Shown: positions 40,590 to 51,177 of the stretch, piece by piece
How the letters are laid out: each line of letters opens with the position of its first letter
Numbering within the stretch: the first letter of the stretch is position 1
Assembly (NCBI GenBank): GCA_963726195.1
Contig: CAVSBO010000018.1
Location: forward strand, 55,894 to 119,893
Direction of reading: 5' to 3'
DNA length: 64,000 nt
DNA from: Candidatus Thorarchaeota archaeon
GTDB taxonomy: Archaea > Asgardarchaeota > Thorarchaeia > Thorarchaeales > Thorarchaeaceae
Notes under the pieces: generated by a model
The model's database searches: none
What the model saw: the letters and a program-made list of their open reading frames with translations, nothing else
What the model was told of the DNA's origin: nothing
Program-made: the position numbers and the translations under genes

Positions 40590-41636
40590 TCATCCTTTCT
40601 TCTTGGCAACCTCTCTGGCCTGAATCACCTGTACCAACGAGACGCTGATTGCCAGTATCGCCAACCCCACCCAATCCAAGAGACTGGGCATTTCCCCTAG
40701 GAACCAGATAGACAGAATGACGATTTGTGGCATCATTGTGCTGTTGAGAATTGACATGTCGACCGCACGGAGCGTCTGCATTGATCTGTTCCAGAGCGTG
40801 AATGCAAAGGCTGTATTCACTATGCTCAGCCATACAATATACACCACGGACTGAGGAGTAACTGCGACAATTCCTTCTATGACGAAGCCGCCCGCTAGGA
40901 GCAAGATAGCACCAAATGCCATACTGATACCGGTGACGACTAGGGGTGATACAACCCCGTCCTTGTTGATTGATCTGCCCATGACAGATGAGACTGCATT
41001 TGCGATTACTGCCAATATTACGACTGCCACACCCAAGGTCTCGGAGGCAGGTACGCCCACAGGATAGAAGTAGATCAGTGCTCCCACCATAGCAAGCACT
41101 ATGAGACAAACCTGTGCGACTGACGGTACTTCCTTGAGAAAGACCACACCTAGTACAAGCACAACCAAAGGTGTTAGGTTTAGCAATAGTGACACCGTGA
41201 TTGCCTGCAGCAATGCGAGTGCTACGAACTGTGCGCCCTGAGTAATGGCGACGAATACAATACCGTACGAGGCAATTAGCCTCCACCAGCGCCGGCTCTG
41301 CTTTCTAATGGCTTTTCGATACTCGGCCTTATACAAGATGATACCTAACAGTATCAGTGAGGCGAGAGCGTATCTCAGTCCGGAGAAGGTCAGAGGAGGT
41401 ATGTCTTTGAGGCCGAATTTTATGATGACCCACGACGATGACCAGAGAACCGTGACTAGAAGTGCCTCAGTCACTGCAAGAGCGTATTTCTTAGATTCTG
41501 AGTCCTTGCGAGCAGCTGGCGCACTCAGCCCTTCACCGGGAACAATGTCTTCGGTCAATCTACTTCGCCAAGGGACGCAATTTCCTTCGAGCAGGATTGA
41601 TGATATATGAATCGAAGGGCGGCCGCTTATTATCAT
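40590..41636 (-). CDS. EamA/DMT transporter (true start probably ~41545)
   Basis: LWSSSWVIIK, two EamA repeats, FLKE/FLGE. Confidence 0.9.
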   Translation of the reverse strand: MIISGRPSIHISSILLEGNCVPWRSRLTEDIVPGEGLSAPAARKDSESKKYALAVTEALLVTVLWSSSWVIIKFGLKDIPPLTFSGLRYALASLILLGIILYKAEYRKAIRKQSRRWWRLIASYGIVFVAITQGAQFVALALLQAITVSLLLNLTPLVVLVLGVVFLKEVPSVAQVCLIVLAMVGALIYFYPVGVPASETLGVAVVILAVIANAVSSVMGRSINKDGVVSPLVVTGISMAFGAILLLAGGFVIEGIVAVTPQSVVYIVWLSIVNTAFAFTLWNRSMQTLRAVDMSILNSTMMPQIVILSIWFLGEMPSLLDWVGLAILAISVSLVQVIQAREVAKKKG

Positions 41637-41858
41637 GGCGGTGCTCTAGGCCTCAGTTGAAGGGCCAAGCTGCTCGAGTCTTCAATAGTCTCAGAACTCG
41701 TCAAGGTTTCTGCTCACCATGCGCCTAGGAAGTAGTGTTTGCTGGCGGGCGTCGAGAGAATAAGAAAAACAGCAGGGCGGTCCAGAAGCGTTGGTCCACT
41801 AGAGGGCCAACACTTATTCTATGTAAGACAACGCCCTTGTTGAGTTATCAGGGAATAA

Positions 41859-42281
41859 TCACAACGTCTTCTGCAGCAGTGTGCTGAACGTGTTGTGATG
41901 ATCTTCTTCGTCCTCGAGAATCTCCTCGAAGAGTTCCCAAGTGACATAATCCTTCTCAGCCATCGCTTTCTCGATGACCTGCCTGTAGAGAGTAATGGCC
42001 TCTTCTTCTGCCTTCTTGTCCAGTGTGACCATTTCTTCGGCTGTTTTGCCAACTGTTATCGCGGTTGGCACGGTCGTGGGCTCGCCTCCAAGGTAGTCGA
42101 CTCGATCCGCGATGCTTTCTGCATGCTTCATTTCTTCGATTGCTATCTTCTTGAGCTCATCAGCAATTGGGAGATGGTTGATACCGAATATCCGAACATG
42201 CTGCCACATGTACTGGATGGCCACCTGTATCTCTCGTGCTATTCCCTTGTTCATCAAATCAAGCAATTCTTTGGATGCCAT
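41859..42281 (-). CDS. Ferritin-like/bacterioferritin protein
   Basis: EIQVAIQY, EEMKHA, EEEA, DEEDH diiron ligands. Confidence 0.9.
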   Translation of the reverse strand: MASKELLDLMNKGIAREIQVAIQYMWQHVRIFGINHLPIADELKKIAIEEMKHAESIADRVDYLGGEPTTVPTAITVGKTAEEMVTLDKKAEEEAITLYRQVIEKAMAEKDYVTWELFEEILEDEEDHHNTFSTLLQKTL

Positions 42282-42448
42282 TGTAGTATTCCCCAAGTGG
42301 AATTGAATCCAATACAGGCCGTTGCAGATGTTGCTTATTAAAGTGCAGGCATGGCACACTTTTTCTTCCAGAATCACCGAGGCCCTACTCGTCCCAAATG
42401 AGCATCGAGGGCATTCTGTTTGGCGCAGGCTTCGCTCTCGAAGCCGAC

Positions 42449-44461
42449 TTAGCTCTGTTCAAGTAGCTGCTTGGCGCGGTCGATGACGTTTTCTGCAGTG
42501 AAGCCATACTTCTCAAACAGAACCTTGTTAGGAGCTGATGCTCCAAACCCCTGAATGGAAATCGTGGTCCCATAGTCGCCGACCCATCGTTCCCACCCTT
42601 GAGCGACACCTGCCTCAACTGCCAGACGGGCTTTTGTCTCGGGCGGCAACACGGAGTTTCGGTAGGCTTGATCCTGCATCGCGAAAAGCTCCCAGCTTGG
42701 AAATGAGACTACGCGGACGCAAATCCCCTCGGAGGCAAGTCTTTGTCCTGCTTCCGCAATAATGCTCACTTCCGATCCTGAGGCCATGAATATGACCTGG
42801 GGAGTTCCTTTTCCAATATCTGCTAGCACGTACGCTCCCCGAATCAATCCGTCCGCGCTATTGTATATCTTACGATCAAGGATAGGCACATTCTGGCGAG
42901 TCAATGCCAGCAACGTGGGTCCGTCTCGACGAGCGACTGCAATCATCCAAGCCACAGGCACCTCGTTCGCGTCCGCAGGACGAATCACGACAAGATTGGG
43001 TATCGCACGCAGTGCTGCAAGTTGTTCGACGGGTTGGTGCGTGGGTCCATCCTCGCCGAGGCCTATGCTATCGTGTGTGTAAAGCCAGATACTTGGATAT
43101 CCTGAGAGAGCAGATAGTCGAATGGCTGGCCGCATGTAGTCGGAGAAAATAAGGAACGTCCCACAATAGGGAATGAAACCACCGTGCACTGCCAGCCCAT
43201 TAACTATCGTTCCCATTGCGTGTTCTCGGACTCCGAAGTAGAGGTTTCTGCCGGCTTGTGCATCCTTCTGAAACCCTGTGCTGCCATCAATCCACGTCTT
43301 GTTGGAACCTGTTAGGTCTGCTGACCCGCCTATCAGTTCTGGCAGTCTTCCTGCCAGCACGTTGATTACCTTCCCTGAAGCAGCACGTGTAGCGAGCCCC
43401 TTAGAGTCCACCGGGAAGTTGGGAAGGTCATTGTCCCAGCCCTGCGGCAGGCGGCCCGCGAGTCTTCGTTCAAGCTCTGCGGCTAGGTCCGGGTAGGCTT
43501 TTCGATAGCGCTGCCAGCGACTCTCCCATTCGGACTGCAAACGCTTGCCTCGGTCTATCGCCAAGCGGAAATGTTTCAAGACATCATCGGGTATGTAGAA
43601 CTTGGGTCCCAGAGGCCAGCCAAGTTTCTGCTTCGCAGCTTTGAGTTCTTCTTCGCCAAGCGGCTCGCCGTGGCATTCAGCTGTGTCCTGCTTCTTTGGT
43701 GACCCATATCCAATATGCGTGCGGCAAAGGATAATGGATGGTCTTGAGTCTTCCTTCGCTTTCTTGATGGCGTCGTCGATCGAATTCATGTCATTGCCAT
43801 CAGCCACCCTTTGCGTGTGCCAGCCTTGTGCCTCGAAGCGCGCTGCCCGATCTTCCGTAAACGTTAGGTCTGTGCTGCCATCAATTGAGATTCGATTGTC
43901 GTCGTAGAGAACGATAAGCTTTCCAAGTCTCAGGTGGCCTGCAAGAGAAGCGTTCTCGTACGAAACGCCCTCCATCAAGTCCCCGTCAGTTGCGATAACG
44001 TAGGTGTAATGATCCACCATCTTGTGGCCGGGCCGATTGAACACTGCTGCTAGTTGTGCTTCCGCTATTGCCATACCTACAGCATTCCCGAATCCCTGTC
44101 CGAGCGGACCTGTCGTGACTTCGACGCCTGGTGTGGAACCATACTCAGGGTGCCCCGGCGTGCGGCTCTTCCACTGACGGAAGCCTTTCAATTCATCCAG
44201 CGAGAGGTTGTAGCCTGTCAAGTGAAGAAGTCCGTAGAGTAACATGGAGCCGTGACCACCTGAGAGCACAAACCTGTCGCGGTCCGGCCAAGAAGGATCT
44301 CCGGGGTTGAAACGCAGATGCTTGGTCCAGAGGGTGTATGCCATCGGCGCGGCGCCCATGGGCATGCCGGGATGGCCGGAGTTGGCAGTTTGGACTGCAT
44401 CGGCGGCAAGGAAACGCAAAGTGTTGATTGCCCTTTCCTGAAGGGTCGATGAGGACGACAT
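42449..44461 (-). CDS. tkt: Transketolase, single-chain bacterial type
   Basis: [40 protein letters not shown]. Confidence 0.97.
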   Translation of the reverse strand: MSSSSTLQERAINTLRFLAADAVQTANSGHPGMPMGAAPMAYTLWTKHLRFNPGDPSWPDRDRFVLSGGHGSMLLYGLLHLTGYNLSLDELKGFRQWKSRTPGHPEYGSTPGVEVTTGPLGQGFGNAVGMAIAEAQLAAVFNRPGHKMVDHYTYVIATDGDLMEGVSYENASLAGHLRLGKLIVLYDDNRISIDGSTDLTFTEDRAARFEAQGWHTQRVADGNDMNSIDDAIKKAKEDSRPSIILCRTHIGYGSPKKQDTAECHGEPLGEEELKAAKQKLGWPLGPKFYIPDDVLKHFRLAIDRGKRLQSEWESRWQRYRKAYPDLAAELERRLAGRLPQGWDNDLPNFPVDSKGLATRAASGKVINVLAGRLPELIGGSADLTGSNKTWIDGSTGFQKDAQAGRNLYFGVREHAMGTIVNGLAVHGGFIPYCGTFLIFSDYMRPAIRLSALSGYPSIWLYTHDSIGLGEDGPTHQPVEQLAALRAIPNLVVIRPADANEVPVAWMIAVARRDGPTLLALTRQNVPILDRKIYNSADGLIRGAYVLADIGKGTPQVIFMASGSEVSIIAEAGQRLASEGICVRVVSFPSWELFAMQDQAYRNSVLPPETKARLAVEAGVAQGWERWVGDYGTTISIQGFGASAPNKVLFEKYGFTAENVIDRAKQLLEQS

Positions 44462-44628
44462 GAGGCAAGTTCTCCAAACGAGATTCAGTGGGCCAGCGTA
44501 ACACTGCCATCTCGGCGGCAGACAAACCGCCCTTTTGGTTGTTGCGCTTGCATGGTTCTTCGTCATACTTAGTGGAAGAATCACGAACCCAAGCCAACGG
44601 TCCTTGTCTTACATGAAGAATCGTCGGG

Positions 44629-45099
44629 TCAAGCGCCAAGATTCTTCTTCTCTAAGTACTCGATATTATCGAATCCGCTCTTTGCCTTCCTCTTCTGTCG
44701 TGCGAACCATTTGCTGTATCCTCTTTGCGCGATTTGGGCATAGTGGTCGCCTATCCCATACGTCTGTTTCTGGTAATGGTTCTTCTCGCAGGACGTAAAA
44801 TGAGGACAGGCATAGCAGTTCTGAAGGTTCTTCTCTGAACAACAATCCCTAATCGGGCATTTTGGCATACCCCCTCCTCTTGAGCATCCCACGCAATTGG
44901 AAGAGGCGAATCACTCTAGTCCGACTGCGAAGTTCCCGAAATCGAAGCTGCTACTTACATTATCTATCCATTCTGCATATCTGTAGGCATCTATGAATCT
45001 CTTCATTTCGATGGCCATTCTCGGAATCCGTTCCCGCATTCCGCAGTGCTCGCAGCAGACACCGCAATAGGCAACCTCGACTGATTCGCCTTTCTTCAA
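44629..45099 (-). CDS. DUF3795-like Cys-rich protein interrupted by an in-frame TGA (44911-44913)
   Basis: AYCGVCCEHC ... C.GC ... CPIRDCC ... CYAC; both ORFs are in the same frame. Confidence 0.75.
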
Positions 45100-45262
45100 G
45101 ATGCTCTCGCCTCACTGAAATGGCTCAGGTAGACAGAGGTAGCGGGCCAGTTGGGTCCGGTCTCGACTGAGCTACGATGCCGCATTTGACCGAAAGAAGA
45201 CGAAGCGAGACTATGAGATGAAACTTGTGGAGGCGCGACATCGGTTTCCGTTCAGAGTCAGT

Positions 45263-45841
45263 TCACCCAGTTGGCGGCTCGCCAACTCGGGAACCAGGCG
45301 GATACAGTTCCAGAAACTCGTCTCTCAATACATCCATTGCGATTGTATCATGGAATTTGCCTTCCACGAACATCATCTGGCGATACACGCCCGCTTTCTT
45401 GAAGCCAGCCTTCTGATACGCACGCTGGGCCCGCACGTTGTGAGCTAGGGTGTACAGGTAGATGCTGTTTAGGCCGAGTACGTGAAAACCCACCCACAGC
45501 ATAACTCGTGTCGCGTCTGTGCCATATCCTTTACCGAAGTTCTTTGGATCGTGTATTGCTATGCCGAATTCTGCGCGCCCATTTTGCTTGGAGATTGAAT
45601 GTAGGCCGGTCGTACCGAGGAATGCTCTGGTCTTCTTATCCTCAATAACGAGAACCAAGCTACCATCTTTCCAAGGGTCAGATTTTGTAGCACGTTCCAA
45701 CCATTCTCTCTCTGCATTTTCAGAGTTTGGGAATGCTGTCGCAAGAAATCGCCGCATTTCGAAGTTGTTCCATCCTTTCATTATGTTGGACAAATCAGTC
45801 ATCTCGAGCGCGCGCAGTCGAACTAGCTCACCAAAGTACAT
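45263..45841 (-). CDS. GNAT (RimJ/RimL) acetyltransferase
   Basis: GKGYGT, N.RAQRAYQKAGF. Confidence 0.92.
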   Translation of the reverse strand: MYFGELVRLRALEMTDLSNIMKGWNNFEMRRFLATAFPNSENAEREWLERATKSDPWKDGSLVLVIEDKKTRAFLGTTGLHSISKQNGRAEFGIAIHDPKNFGKGYGTDATRVMLWVGFHVLGLNSIYLYTLAHNVRAQRAYQKAGFKKAGVYRQMMFVEGKFHDTIAMDVLRDEFLELYPPGSRVGEPPTG

Positions 45842-46026
45842 AGATGCGTGATGAGTGCTTTGCCAGATAAGTCTGTTCAGCGCGCTACTAGTTGAATTCG
45901 CAACGGAGAATCATTGGTAGTCAGTTATCCGCCAATACCAGAGCTGATAGAACTGCTTGGTTTGTTCGAAAGGCTAATCTGCTGAGCAGTACAAGGCAGG
46001 TCTGAGGACCGCAGAGAGGTCTGCAT

Positions 46027-46668
46027 GTGAGTCCAGAAAGGATAGAGTTCGATCATCCCATTGTTCGAATTGCCACTGACAAGATTAGGTTTCCCAGGAA
46101 ATGCCCCGTGTGCGGGGCGGCAGCCACAGAAGTCACTCGGGTTACTGTGGTACCTGGAAGGAAACAGTATCTCCGGTCTACATGGGATCCAGCATACAAC
46201 CCTGCTCTGAGAAAACAAATGGGTATGTCTCTCCCGGAAACAAGAATGCTCTTGATTCCGGTGTGCGAGGACCACCTCTATTCAGACGAAGACTATTACC
46301 GCTACAAGATGCTTTGTGTGATAGTAGACGGGCTTTCTATGGTGATGCTCACCTTTGCTCTTCTAACTCTTGGTGGCAACCTATGGCGAGGGGTATCCAG
46401 CGATGCGTGGATATACGGCGCGATAGCCTTTGGTGTTGCATCCTTCGCCATATCGATCACGGCCTTCCGACCAAAACCCATAGAGTCAGCTGTGAAGATT
46501 GTGGGTTTCGACGGAGGACTCCAAAACATCTGGCTGGACTTCAAGAACAGAGAGTATCGCGATGAATTCATGAAAGAGAACCCCATGACGGCGGAGCTGG
46601 TCAGTTGGGTTGTCCGCAGTCGAAGGAAAGTTGGACGGACTGGAGCATTGAGATATAGGAGCATATAA
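46027..46668 (+). CDS. Membrane protein with a zinc-finger-like N-terminus
   Basis: FP.KCPVCG...PVCEDH, two TM helices. Confidence 0.75.
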   Translation: MSPERIEFDHPIVRIATDKIRFPRKCPVCGAAATEVTRVTVVPGRKQYLRSTWDPAYNPALRKQMGMSLPETRMLLIPVCEDHLYSDEDYYRYKMLCVIVDGLSMVMLTFALLTLGGNLWRGVSSDAWIYGAIAFGVASFAISITAFRPKPIESAVKIVGFDGGLQNIWLDFKNREYRDEFMKENPMTAELVSWVVRSRRKVGRTGALRYRSI

Positions 46669-46995
46669 GCCCTGTCAGAGATTCAGTCTCAGAGGCCGAA
46701 ATGACACGGACTTGGCCTCAAGGAGTTAGAGCCCAGTGCCGTTTCTGGGCGGACAAGGACTCCGGTGTCCAATCTTGTCCATCTGAAAATGAACGGTAGT
46801 AAAAGCCTAGTGAGCCCTGTTTAGGGCTCTGGGCTCTCTACCAGTGCCATGATGCTCTCGCAAGCTTGCGTGCTGTTCACTCTGCATTGTGTGGCGAGAT
46901 ACAACAAACCCATATCTCTCGTCAACGCATGGAATCAGCGTAAGGTCGAACCGAAGCTTGTGCACCACTATGGGCAGGTGAATGGATTGAGCAGC

Positions 46996-47304
46996 ATGAA
47001 GGATGTGTCAGTCACGGGTTTGATATCCAGAATCATGAACCACTACGTGATAACTGCCGATGATGGGACACAGTACGAGCTTTCGGCGATTTTCCCTTGG
47101 GAGGCTGTTTCTGCGGATTATGGTTCGGGCATTTTTGCTGAGAACCTTGGCAAGCGGATGACAGCAGCAGGGCTCACGGACGGTCATACTATTTGGAAAG
47201 CCAGTCTTCAGAGCGAGGAACCTGCGGCCGCTCTTAGCAAGAAGCCCACATCAGGCCCAGCAAAGCGTTCTGCTCGAACGAAGTCCTCGAGTGGAAAACG
47301 GTGA
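46996..47304 (+). CDS. Small OB-fold-like hypothetical protein
   Basis: VTGLI...YVITADDGTQYEL; basic tail. Confidence 0.6.
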   Translation: MKDVSVTGLISRIMNHYVITADDGTQYELSAIFPWEAVSADYGSGIFAENLGKRMTAAGLTDGHTIWKASLQSEEPAAALSKKPTSGPAKRSARTKSSSGKR

Positions 47305-47403
47305 TTTCATTCACGGCGGCTTCCGTTGAATGACGGAATCAAGTGAGCAAATCATGGCCAAGGCCTGCCGCAGAGGCAGGCCCTATCCAATCAACAATCT
47401 ATA

Positions 47404-47793
47404 CTACTTTATCTTAATCTCTTTCTCGCTCTTCCAGAGACCGTGAACGTTGCAGTAGGAGGTCGCCATCAGAGTCCCTGCTTTTGTTATCTTGAACGTG
47501 AACATAGCCTGTGGCTCTGAGTACAGCGGACCTGTATTCGGACCTTGGGTAGACTCACCGTGAGTGTCGAAGGTCATGTATCCGACTTCCATCGGTGCTT
47601 TGTCCCCTTCGGGCCAGAAGAACAAATCGACCCAAGAGATGTGGTGCTCAGTGACGTTGGGATGTGGCACTTGCTTACCCACAGTAACTGAGACTTTCAC
47701 AAGGTCCCCTTTCTTCACGACATCTGGGGCTTCTATGACTGGCACGTGTTTCTCGGTCTTCCAGTCTGCCGTCTGCATCCATGTCTTGGACAT
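47404..47793 (-). CDS. sor: Superoxide reductase (neelaredoxin, class II SOR)
   Basis: EKHVP, HP...HHI.W, CNVHGLW. Confidence 0.95.
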   Translation of the reverse strand: MSKTWMQTADWKTEKHVPVIEAPDVVKKGDLVKVSVTVGKQVPHPNVTEHHISWVDLFFWPEGDKAPMEVGYMTFDTHGESTQGPNTGPLYSEPQAMFTFKITKAGTLMATSYCNVHGLWKSEKEIKIK

Positions 47794-48050
47794 TACATCT
47801 ACCTCTCATGTTTGAACCGGGCGTACATTCAGACTACCCAGAGAGTATGTAGATGAATGCCTGCTAAAATACTTCACCTACTGGCACAAATGGTTCGGGC
47901 CACAAGGCAGTCGGGCACCGGTGCCGAGACCGCTGCTCTTTGGCTCAGCAGAACAGGCTCAGGCTTATATGCGAACTGACCGGGCCGTCCTTCGGCGAAC
48001 ACTCTACGAGCTTTTTTCAATGAGTTGCTCTGAAGTGAGGGATTCTAGGG

Positions 48051-48587
48051 ATGGAAGAATACTCGGCTTCCGAAAAGAGGAATCAGGTGTTCCACATCGC
48101 TCTAATTGCTGTACTCACTGCACTAACCACAGCAGTCACAGCAGCCCTAGTGGTCCCGTTTCCTACAACGAGTGGCTACCTAAACATCGGTGACACGATT
48201 GTAATGACCAGCGGGCTCTTGCTGGGCCCGGCAGGAGCGTTCTTTGTCGGTGGGGTCGGTTCAGCAATGGTCGATGCTGTTTATGCTCCACAGTACGTCC
48301 CAATCACTCTCATGGTGAAGGGTTGCGAAGGGCTGGTTGTTTCACTGATCAGCCACGGCAACGAACCCGGCAAGAAACTACGGCCCCAAGATGTTCTCGC
48401 TTTGGTCTGTGGTGCAATCGTCATGCTCCTAGGATATTTCGGTGGCGAAACGTGGGTATTGATGGTCGGAATCGGTCCTGCGCTGCTAGAACTCGTGGGC
48501 GTCAACTCTATACAAGTTGCGGTTGGGGTTCTGGTCGCCGCTGCCATTGGGCCTGCCCTCAGAGACTATCTTGGGCAGCTCGAATAG
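48051..48587 (+). CDS. ECF transporter S component
   Basis: GYLNIGD, GGVGSAM.D, KG.EG. Confidence 0.9.
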   Translation: MEEYSASEKRNQVFHIALIAVLTALTTAVTAALVVPFPTTSGYLNIGDTIVMTSGLLLGPAGAFFVGGVGSAMVDAVYAPQYVPITLMVKGCEGLVVSLISHGNEPGKKLRPQDVLALVCGAIVMLLGYFGGETWVLMVGIGPALLELVGVNSIQVAVGVLVAAAIGPALRDYLGQLE

Positions 48588-48708
48588 TGTCTTTGTTACG
48601 ACAGACGCGTCTCGGTCCGCTTGTCAGAATCGTTTATTTGGGACGCATTGCTTTGCGTTTCGCACTCGGAATCTGTCAAAGAATGTGCTAACTATGGGGG
48701 TTTCTCGA

Positions 48709-49990
48709 ATGATCGACAGGAAGAAACTGAGAATCGATTCCAAGAGGTTGAGTGCGGTCAACGATCTCCTGACGGATATGCATAACCCTCTTGTCAACAG
48801 CTTGCTTGAGCTCATAGACAAGTACGGTGGGCCCGCCGAAATAAACAGACGAGCGAAGGAAACACGTAGACTGGATGTGCTAATCTCAAAGTTGGATTCG
48901 AAGAAATCCCCGTACGTCAAGGACCTTCGGTGGTTGGAAAGACAGCGGGACGAAGGTGCTTTCATCACAATTCCTGAATACCGAAGGAAAGTACTTGGCG
49001 ACAAGGCAGGTTCCATGGTTTTTGATGATAGCTTCGCCGTAACCCTTGAAGTGAGTGCATGTCAGTACTTCTCGTGGGTCATCGAAGAGGCACGTGAAGC
49101 GATTGTGAACCAGGAGCTGATGCCAGGGCGATTCATACGTGTTCGCAACATGAAAGAGCAGACTGCTGATGACGATGTCATCGCCTTTGCAGCTGCAATG
49201 CAAATCGTGGGTACATCATATGTAGAGACTCTAGATACCAAGGGGACTTTGCCGGGACCCGATGGGGCTCCCGCGAACGTGCATCTAGGAGGCCCCGAGA
49301 CAATTACTGGCTATTTCGGCGGTGTGGGTATGCCCAATGAATACCCCCTGAAATGGGCTGACGAGTACCTTCACTACTACACCACTTATGGCGTGAAACA
49401 GGTTCTGAATGTAAACAACGGCAGCATCTTGGCTGCATACATGATGCACAAGCTGGGTATCGACATGGAATTCAAGATTTCAGTCTTCACGGGCAACGAC
49501 AATCCTTTCTCATGTCTATGGACACTGATGACAGCCAAGCTATTCAGTAGGGACGACGGCACAAGTCCTCTGATAGGATTCAATCTCTCCAATAGCGTGA
49601 ACAACGAGACAATAGAGCTCAGCCGCGTATATTCGCAAGGAGTTCGGATTCGAGGATGTTGTACGCATTGAGCATCACATAACGGAGACATACAAGAGTA
49701 TCGTCCGGCAGCCATACGACCGGCTCCCTCAGCTACTGGAGCTGGCCGATCACGTGAAAAACATCAGTGCAAAACACGAGGGCGGGGTTCCTGAAATCGA
49801 ATCTACTCGAGCTCACCCGAGTGACATATTAGACTATTTCAGGGCAAAGAGCGAAATCGAGCAGAAGGGCGAAATGCCACTTCTGACCCAGAATTACATG
49901 GACAAGCACAGAGCAGTGAACAGGACCGCAGAAGAACTGACGAAGCGTGGCTTGACCTTCATAGCCGCACCCAGTCTCCACAAAGCCTAG
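48709..49990 (+). CDS. Conserved hypothetical protein (~425 aa); apparent frameshift at ~49622
   Basis: Frame continues ...VRIEHHITETY...NISAKHEGG after removing one base. Confidence 0.8.
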
Positions 49991-50103
49991 CAATAACACA
50001 GGTTGGCCATTACGGAGAACAGCAGCTCCCGGCATGAGAACCGAGCTGTGTCAGCACTTCAGATCCCATGTTCCTCGCATCATCGACTTCTGAGCTGAGC
50101 CTC

Positions 50104-50574
50104 TCACATCCACTGCTGAATCTTTTCGTCGTAGAGATTCTGGAGCCGCTCTTTGTGCTTCTGTTCTTCGCTCGCAAGCGTTTCGAATACTCGTCTGTTT
50201 GACGCATCTGTGGTCAATTCTGAAAGCGCCTTATAGAAGTCGTGAGCGGCCTCCTCTTTCTTGATGGCGACTACTAGTATGTCCTGAGGTGATGAAGAAG
50301 GCGTCAGCGGCATCGCTGCAAGATACCTATCTAGGTCCATCTTGTTGAACTGTGCGACGTTCTTGCATGCAAACGTTTTGCACACGCCCTGCTTCAGTGA
50401 AGCCTCCAGTTTCTTTCGATGCCCCAGTTCTTGCTCAGAGAGTTCTTTCAATAGCTTCGCAGATGATAAGAATTCGGCCCGCTTCGCGGCCTGCGTATAG
50501 AACTCGTACGATTCCGTCTCCCTTTCAATCGCGAGAGAAACGAGTCTTTCAAAGGATTGCTGGACGGTTGTCAT
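50104..50574 (-). CDS. Rubrerythrin/ferritin-family protein
   Basis: Two AI..E..SY/FY...E..H halves. Confidence 0.88.
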   Translation of the reverse strand: MTTVQQSFERLVSLAIERETESYEFYTQAAKRAEFLSSAKLLKELSEQELGHRKKLEASLKQGVCKTFACKNVAQFNKMDLDRYLAAMPLTPSSSPQDILVVAIKKEEAAHDFYKALSELTTDASNRRVFETLASEEQKHKERLQNLYDEKIQQWM

Positions 50575-50696
50575 GACCGGTTCGACGGCTCAGAGGTCTA
50601 CGTGGCTTTAAACATAATGTTCGCGCCGCCACTAACAACAAAACAGAAGTACAAGTAGAACTGACAAGTGTTATCGTCGAGCTGAGGTGAGAACAC

Positions 50697-51128
50697 TTGA
50701 AAATATGGTCCAATGATTTTGCTCAGGGCGCACCGATTCCAGACAAATGTGCCTATAGGAAGACGAATGTCAGCCCGCATCTGGCGTGGGATCAGATTCC
50801 TACCGCAGCAAAGAGTCTCGCACTGATCTGCAACGACCCTGATGCCCCAGTTGGGAACTGGATACACTGGCTGGTCCACAGCATACCTGCAACGACGAAA
50901 TCGATACCCGCAGGCGGTCCTGTTCCCGGTCAGCAAGAACCCAATGATTTTGGCGAGAAGAAGTGGGGTGGTCCTGCACCACCTTCAGGCACGCACAGAT
51001 ACATCTTCACACTTTATGCACTCGATATCCCTGCTCTCAAGGGAGCCACAAAGAAGAACTTCCGAGATATGTGTGAACAGCACAAGATTGAGTCCACTCA
51101 GACGATGGGCACATACACCAAGAAGTAG
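50697..51128 (+). CDS. YbhB/YbcL (PEBP) family protein
   Basis: DPDAP, HW, GPAPPSGTHRY. Confidence 0.95.
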   Translation: MKIWSNDFAQGAPIPDKCAYRKTNVSPHLAWDQIPTAAKSLALICNDPDAPVGNWIHWLVHSIPATTKSIPAGGPVPGQQEPNDFGEKKWGGPAPPSGTHRYIFTLYALDIPALKGATKKNFRDMCEQHKIESTQTMGTYTKK

Positions 51129-51177
51129 CTTCAGACTCTCATGCGGAGAGTATGTGGGACTGACCTGTACGGAGTGA

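Noticed and set aside
44462-44620. TPP riboswitch upstream of transketolase
   Set aside because: Small hairpins are present, but I could not find the conserved CUGAGA core.
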